Shown: positions 57,440-64,000 of the stretch, piece by piece | Layout of the letters: every line of letters begins with the position of its first letter | Numbering within the stretch: the first letter of the stretch is position 1 | Source: Macrostomum lignano | Lineage: Eukaryota | DNA length: 64,000 nucleotides | Assembly (NCBI GenBank): GCA_002269645.1 | Contig: NIVC01001854.1 | Coordinates: 1-64,000, forward strand | Reading direction: 5' to 3' | Made by a program: the position numbers and the translations under genes | The notes under the pieces: model-generated | What the model was told of the DNA's origin: nothing | The model's database searches: none | The model's input: only the letters and a program-made list of their open reading frames with translations

Positions 57440-57701
57440 TAATAATAATTGATTGCACCTGCCCTAATGGGCAATGCGCATCTGAAGGCTGCGTACGGCT
57501 GTTCAGTCTAAGGACTGGGGGTCGCCACACACCCTCAATTACCCCAGCTAATGCTGGCACCCATTTTACAGCTGGGTGAACTGAAGCAATGCAGAGTTAA
57601 GTGTCTTGCTCAAGGACAGAAATTGTTCCAGTGGGATTCGGGAATCGAACCCCCGACCTTCAAGTCATGAGTCCGACGCTCTGACCACTGGGCTACAACC
57701 C
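57440..57701 (-). mobile_element. tRNA-derived CORE-SINE (MIR-like core), copy 1
   Basis: Minus strand: GGGTTGTAGCCCAGTGGTCAGAGCG (A box), GGTTCGATTCCC (B box), core CCTTGAGCAAGACACTTAACTCTG..CTTCAGTTCACCCAGCTGTAAAATGGG, (TTA)n tail. Confidence 0.88.
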
Positions 57702-57742
57702 TAGTGGGTTCGTTGTTTAGACAAACTTGTAATAAGAATTAC

Positions 57743-57975
57743 AGGGGGCGCCACCACAGACCCTAAATATCATATTCTCAATTAAGTCCAAAATGCAGGC
57801 CGCATCATAATAAACTACCCTAAATATCACAAACCCGAAATATCACATTCTCGAAAACTCTGATGCGGCCTGCATTTTTGATTTTAGCTGAGAATGTGAT
57901 ATTTAGGGTTTGTTTATGATGGGGCTTGTAAGAATTTTTGAGAATGTGATATTTAGGGTTTATGATGCCCCCCAG
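57743..57975. repeat. Small palindromic (foldback/MITE-like) element
   Basis: Perfect 18-bp inverted repeat AAAATGCAGGCCGCATCA (57791-57808) / TGATGCGGCCTGCATTTT (57861-57878) plus mirrored ACCCTAAATATCA motifs. Confidence 0.65.
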
Positions 57976-58192
57976 AGGGTATATAATAAACATGCTGTTA
58001 TTAAGCTGCTGCTGCTCTCTGTGGCATATGCTCAAAAACTCCAGCTTCTAGAGATGAAGTTATGGGGTTGAGATACCCCGACTTTCCCAAAATGAAAAAC
58101 CCTAAACTTCTAAACTGGAACAACTTTTTGGTCGATCTTAATTGGTAGGTTTTATGTCCCACTGTACTATAAAATAATTGTTAAACTCGAGC

Positions 58193-59724
58193 TCAAAGTT
58201 GATCACTCAGCAGGCACTCGAATGTGCGCATCGAGTAGGTGTAGTCTAGCGGTGATGGATCAGGGGCTGGATAGTACCTCGAGAATACGATTCCAGTGGC
58301 CCAGTTCGATCCCGTGAGGCTGAGAGCTGTCGGAGGCGTGAAGTATCGACCGTTCGGGTTGAAGCAGTGGCAGGCGCTGTACCACCAGCCTCCGTGGTAC
58401 ATGCTGGCGCAGTTATCTTTGGGATACGAATCCATGTCTCTGTCCGGAGCGCTGAACTTCTGGTTGTTCATGAACAGCCAGGAGTTCATTGGGCATTGAA
58501 TGACGTTCGACCGGTCGACGTCCTGGGCGCCCACGGAGACTCGATAGTCCTGATCAGCGCCCTGCACAGCGAACACGACGTTTTCCCACCACCACCAGCT
58601 GCCGTTCCACGAGCTCATCTCCCATCTCACTCTCCTGTCGCCAGCTCGAGTCAGACGGTGGATCGCCTCCAGGCCCATCCATAAGTTTCTGTCCTCGCCC
58701 TGTCCGAACTCGGACACGTAGTCCGCCCAGTTGCGGTAGAAGTTGATAGAGGCGTCCACCCTGTGCTGGAAGGTTCGCCAGCAGCGGCCTGGCCCGAGGC
58801 CATCCAGTGGCCTCACCTGAAATTAGATCGTTGACTGATCGTGCAACCCTTCCAGTTTACGAGTATATGTACAAGCAATTTATTTAGCCATGGATACCCA
58901 TGGTCGTCACTGCTTGTCTTTGGTACTTTTACATTACAAGCGATGTGTCAAGTATACGTTTCTTAGCTCGGCATCGAAATCGGTGAAAACGAAGCGTGAT
59001 CCAGGGTTTTCTCGCTGCATATGGGGGCCTCGATTTTGGAGGTGCCATCGTGAGGAGAAGACCATGCACAAAGGGCGTTTATTTATGGGAGACTGGCAAT
59101 AAGCAAAGAGTACGTCGTGTCTCCGAACGGATATTTTATCTTAAACCAAGGATCATTAAAAGCGTGCATTAAGTTGTCTTTGCCCCCAAACAAGGTCAAT
59201 TTCCGGACGAAAAAACATACTGGAGAGACAATAATTGATTTGATTTGGTATGTTTTTTCAAGTCAGTTCTATCTACATGTACGCTCGTACTCGTAAATAA
59301 CCATCTCGGGAGAAATTACATTTTGGATTCAAACACACTGACAGTAGATGAAATTGCCAAAAATTTACCTGTTTCCTATTTCGCCAATGCATTTTAATTT
59401 AAATTAGGCTTTTTACATTTCTGAGCAGCTCACCCAAAGCAGAGGCAGGCCGGGGTTCGCGGCGTGCCGGCACTTCCTGCAGCCGTTGCGTCCCAGGCGG
59501 CAAGTCAGAAGCTGGCAGATGCCTTCATCGCCAGAGAATGAGACGGCTTGGTGCCTCTCGCTGGCCAGAGAGACGCACGAGATGCGGCTGGCGGCGCGGA
59601 CGGCGCGGTCAACCAGGTAGTCGGCGGGGTCGTCGCGCTGAGCCCGCCACTCGGAGGTCCCGGCCTCGTTGGCTGTGATTGCTGTGCTGCAGAGGTAAAG
59701 CAAGACAGCTACTGACAGCATCAT
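58193..59724 (-). CDS. Secreted fibrinogen-related protein: signal peptide, PAN/apple-like module, fibrinogen C-terminal domain; 304 aa, 2 exons
   Basis: Exons 59724-59434 and 58816-58193, phase 0; FReD motifs FQHRVDASINFYRNWADYVSEFG, LWMGLEAIHRLT, KFSAPDRDMD..NCASMYHGGWWYSACHCFNPNGRY. Confidence 0.9.
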
Positions 59725-60828
59725 ATTGCTGTGGCTTTAACTTTAATCGGTTAATCTTTCCTAGGGATAACTATCTTTGTCAGCTATGAAGCAAGGAGTT
59801 TCATTGCTTAAATGGCCATAACGGCCCAGCTCAGCAGCCTTCCTGCAATTCCCCCACGTAGAACAATTCTTGTCTTTCATGCAGGAAGCAGCATTATAAT
59901 TCTCAAAAAAAATGTTGGCTTCCGACACATCTTCCATTCTGTTCCTTGGAATCTGAAAGCAGGATAAAGATTTTCTTGCCTGCATTCATGGAATCTTGCC
60001 ATTGTTTCACAAGTTTCCTGTGTGAAACTGTCTCTCAAAGCAATCCAGGGTGTGCAATGGTTGCCAAACAGCCTCCATATTCGATCGGTGCAGGAGAGGG
60101 GGGTTTCTAGCTTCGTCAGGCCTCTACACGCCCTGTGCCTTGGGGGTTGGTCATCATGGGTGGTGAATCGCAAACCCCTCACCAGCTGAATTTTTGTGCT
60201 CAGACTATAAAGGATAATTCGTTCAGGCCATTCTGGAAGCTTAAGTTGACATTAAATCCCCATTTATCCCATATTGTCCTGGGATTATCAATGATTCCAC
60301 GCTCAAGCACCGCTCTGGTGCATGGCTTTTCATTTCGGGACAAAGTTGGCATCGATCCCCTTCGCATGTACAATGGCCTAGCTTGGAACCGAACCAGGAG
60401 TCGTGGCGCGAGAGTCAAGGCGTGTTTAACGTTAGGCTGCTCTGCCTCCCCGATTGCAGGACTGCTCTGCACTGCTGTTGATCAAACTCTCTCTCTGGTC
60501 ACAAGAGAGCTTTGCTTGAAATTCTGCACTGACTGAGAAATTTCTTAAAAGGGATATACAGATCCCTGAGTATTTCAGAGCAGCTTCCATGGAAGGGAGC
60601 AATGTGCACTTCCTGTCAGTCCTGTATGGTATACACTATAGTATGCGATTAGTTTAGCACAATAAAAGTTAGCCAAAACTTCACACACAAAAGAAATTAT
60701 AGACCTATACAGCCAAAATACCAACTGAAAGAAAGAGGTTAGAGGGATTGGTTTGAATGAAAGATTCTGGCACGCGGCCTTCCTAACGCGCTTAATTAGA
60801 GCCAAAGCCTATTCAAGAGCCCCTTCTC

Positions 60829-60961
60829 TATATAAAAGGAGAGCGATGATCTAGAGGCACAAAAAACGGTCGGGTCTTAAGTCTCCAGTGGCACCTCTCT
60901 GCCTGATTGTTGCAATATTTTGAGTTTCTCGCCGTCTCTGGCGCGCTGTCAAGTTAAAGAG
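60829..60961 (+). promoter_or_regulatory. Candidate TATA box and non-coding first exon of the cadherin gene
   Basis: TATATAAAAG at 60829-60838; strong donor GAG|GTAAGA at 60961/60962; acceptor CCCAG immediately before ATG 61567. Confidence 0.45.
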
Positions 60962-61566
60962 GTAAGAAAATTGAGACTGTTTTGATATCAACAGAGCCAA
61001 CACTGTCCATTGTAACCATCCCAACGAAACCTGTACGCTTTTGTAGTGAGCAAAGAGAGTAAGAAATTGAGTGAACGTTGCAGACGGAAAATGAGCAATG
61101 AAAGAAGGCTACAGACTCTTTCCAGGCCCTTTTGAGCTCATCAAAGTTGAAAAGTGTGCGGACTCGCAGTAAGAAGAGCGAGTAGGTAGAGAGACAGACA
61201 GAATTCCAGTTTATTTTTTAGCGCCCACTCACTGTCTTTTCAAGCTCTCCATCAATCCCCCATAGTTGCGCTTATTTGTTTACTGTAGTTGCCAACAGAC
61301 ACAGTGACGAAAACACTTTGCAAAGCGCACCACCTGCTCCCTGTGTTTTGCGTAAACCAGTCCCACCCCATATCTACCCCTACGCTGCACTGTTTTCTGC
61401 AGGCTTAAATTGCTTCTTACAAAATCTAAGAGCAGAGCGCACCTGACAGTGTCGCAAGACTGTTGCAACTAAGTTATACTTTTTGCTACTTAAATTTGAT
61501 TGGCACAAATAAACGAACGATAAGTCATTGTAATTTTGAATAGTTTAAACATTTTCCAACGCCCAG

Positions 61567-63579
61567 ATGCATCGAGTACGACTGCATCACCAATTGGCAA
61601 TTTTGCTTCTGGCGATCGGTTTTGCGTCCCGAGGTGAGTTGAGAGCGAAGTTCATTTCCAGTTTTCCTCTTTTAGTTGAACTCCTGTACGCATTAAACGG
61701 TTTAAATTAGCAAATGCTTTATTCCATGAACATGTAGAGCAGGAAGATTCCATACTCTCAAATTGAGACAGAGCTGCTGATGATATTGCATGGATAAAAT
61801 ATCTCAGCATCTAATACTTTGACAATTTTCAGGGGACGCGGCTACAACATTCCCTTCTCTGCCGGGAAAAATTGACACCGTGTCAATCACTGAGTCGGCC
61901 TCAGCTGGTAGCACTATCTACACACTGACCGCTTCTGGAACGTCCGCTTGGGACCTCAAAGGAGGTGACGTAGCTTGCACTACAGCCACTCTGATAACTT
62001 TGTCCGCGAACTCAGGCGTATCGAGTGTTAATCTTGTAGTTGGAACGTCTCAGCTGGACTACGAGACTAACAAGTTTCACGTCTGCCTAATCGAGTAAGA
62101 CAACGATAGTTAAACTTTTACACGTCGCAATCAGTATGAAAATTTGCGATGCAAATCATGCATTTTTTCAGAGCCGATGACGGCAGCGGACCAGCTACAG
62201 CCACAGTTACCGTGAGCGTCGTCAACGCCTGGGACGTGACGCCAACAGCTTCGACAGCAACCATCAGCGGCACAGTCAAGGAGGAGCAGCCGCCTGGCAC
62301 AGCGGTGATGGACACGGCTGCAACGCCGGCTCAGATTGTGTTCACCTTCAATGACGCTGAAATTGCCGGATCTAGCGATGTGCTCACGTGCGGCCTGAGT
62401 GGGACCAGTTCTGGGCTATTTAATGTAATTAGCGTCCTTCCGAACTCTGCGATTGGAATTTTAAGCTTAAAAACGCACGGAAACTGTTCTTATATTAAAC
62501 CGAAAAATTTGCAGGTTGCAACGGCAAAGGTGGGCAACACTTACACCTGCACCATCTCTACCAGAGTATCAATCGATCGAGAGTCGCTAGCCGCTGACAA
62601 TCTTCCGGCTGTTTACGTTACGGCGACCGACACAGGCGGTCTGGTTGGCTCAGCAACCATATCCGTGTCCGTGATAGACATCAACGACAATACGCCAACG
62701 TGTCCAACATTGACTTACACGAAAACAATCTCCGAGGTAGACACAAGCGGTACCATGGCAACTATTGCCAGCTGTACTGACGCCGATGCAGGTGTCAATG
62801 CTGATCTGGTTTACGCTTTCGTGGGTACCTACACCGGCTTCTCTCTAACTGGCAATGTTGTCACTCTGACTGCACCGCAAGATTATGATACGATTACTGC
62901 CAACCCAGTGGTTATGCTGGTCACAGTGAGTACAAATTCTTACAGGCTTTCTCTTTTTATGATTAGAGTATAAATAGCTCCTTTCTGCTTTCCGATTTGC
63001 AGATTCGCGACAATGCAGCGACAGTCTCTGAACAGCGGACCATAACTGCTACAGTGTCGGTACAAGTGACGAGCGTTAACGACAACACGCCTACATTTTC
63101 AAGCCTCTCACCTGGCCTGACGCTGACTATTGCTGAGAGCGCCGCTCTGGGCACCACGCTGTTCACGCAAGGAGCTACAGACGCTGACAAAGCCGGCGAG
63201 CCAGACAGTACACTCACCTGGAGCATATTAAGCGCTCAGAGTACTACCCCAGGTGGGCAATAAACAATTGGCTGCTGATCTGTTTTGTTTAGATTTACTT
63301 CTTTAATTCTTGAGCTGATTTTTCTAAAAATAATTTTTTCAGTTGGCACGACTCTAACGGGACATTTCACCATTGACAACTCCGGTACTATTAAACTGGG
63401 CACGCAGCCACTGGACTACGAGACCTGGCAGGTGGCTGAACTCGTAGTTAAAGTCGCTGACAATAGCGCAACTACCCCCAGGTCAGTCACTCGGACTTTG
63501 ACGATTTCTCTCACCGATGTAAACGAGTTCGCGCCAACCTTCACTCCAAGCAACTATTACAAGGTTTCCCTTGCTGAAA
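61567..63579 (+). CDS. Cadherin-repeat protein (protocadherin/Fat/Dachsous-like), 5' part; continues beyond the window
   Basis: Exons 61567-61633 (signal peptide), 61833-62094, 62172-62424, 62515-62925, 63003-63252, 63343-63579; Ca-binding motifs LDYE, DINDNTP, ATDAD, VNDNTPTF, DVNEFAPTF; about five EC repeats. Confidence 0.92.
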
Positions 63580-63699
63580 GTAAGTAGTAAAATGCGAGAA
63601 TTTGTTCCTAGTTTTAGTGTGTCTTAGTCGCTGAATCATTCTATCTTTGTGCCTACTGTCTTATTGTGTCTTCACGGCTGACTAAATATTTAATATTTA

Positions 63700-63955
63700 G
63701 TTATTTATTGCACCTGACCCAATGGGCAATGCGCATCTGAAGGCAGCTTGCGGCTGTTCAGTCCAAGGACTGGGGTCGCCACACACCCTCAATTACCCCA
63801 GCTAATGCTGGCACCCATTTTACAGCTGGGTGAACTGAAGCAATGCAGAGTTAAGTGTCTTGCTCAATGACAAAAATTGTTATAGTATCATCGGGAATCG
63901 AACCCCCGACCTTCAAGTCGTGAGTCCGACGCTCTGACCCCTGGGCTGCAACCCC
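63700..63955 (-). mobile_element. tRNA-derived CORE-SINE, copy 2 (in a cadherin intron)
   Basis: Closely similar to 57440-57701 along its whole length. Confidence 0.88.
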
Positions 63956-64000
63956 CTTTCAGGCTACAATCCCTTTCAGGCTACAATCCCTTTCAGGCTA
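63954..64000. repeat. 17-bp tandem repeat (CCCTTTCAGGCTACAAT) running off the window
   Basis: ~2.8 exact copies abutting the SINE 5' end. Confidence 0.85.

Noticed and set aside
57630-57701. tRNA gene (also 37968-38040 and 63890-63955)
   Set aside because: tRNA-like heads continue into SINE bodies and tails; no complete cloverleaf or acceptor stem.

Overview
Eukaryotic (metazoan) genomic DNA, not prokaryotic. It has spliced GC-rich exons, AT-rich and minisatellite-filled introns, and many transposons. The style (polyQ proteins, intronic minisatellites) suggests a flatworm such as Macrostomum, which is inference only. Host genes rebuilt by hand from splice sites and frame continuity: NPDC1/cab-1-like (+, 14538-22792, 5' exon not found), EDEM2-like GH47 mannosidase (-, 41324-24542, 7 exons), a polyQ single-C2H2 zinc-finger gene (+, 52316-55453, one apparent 1-bp frameshift), a secreted PAN-like plus fibrinogen-domain protein (-, 59724-58193) and the 5' part of a cadherin-repeat gene (+, from 61567). 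Mobile DNA: a 7.6-kb CMC/EnSpm element with a dead transposase but an intact 5-exon partner gene, an intact Bel/Pao LTR retrotransposon with identical LTRs inside an EDEM2 intron, and a 4-exon 1171-aa DDE transposase ending in an RG repeat and a Spindlin-type Tudor domain. There are also several hAT/MULE MITEs with TSDs and three tRNA-derived SINEs. Most striking: inverted minisatellite arrays bracketing one NPDC1 exon, a Tudor-bearing transposase beside a host promoter, and an intron built from about 40 tandem copies of its own splice donor. No rRNA, true tRNA gene or CRISPR array was seen. All alignments and counts were done by eye.
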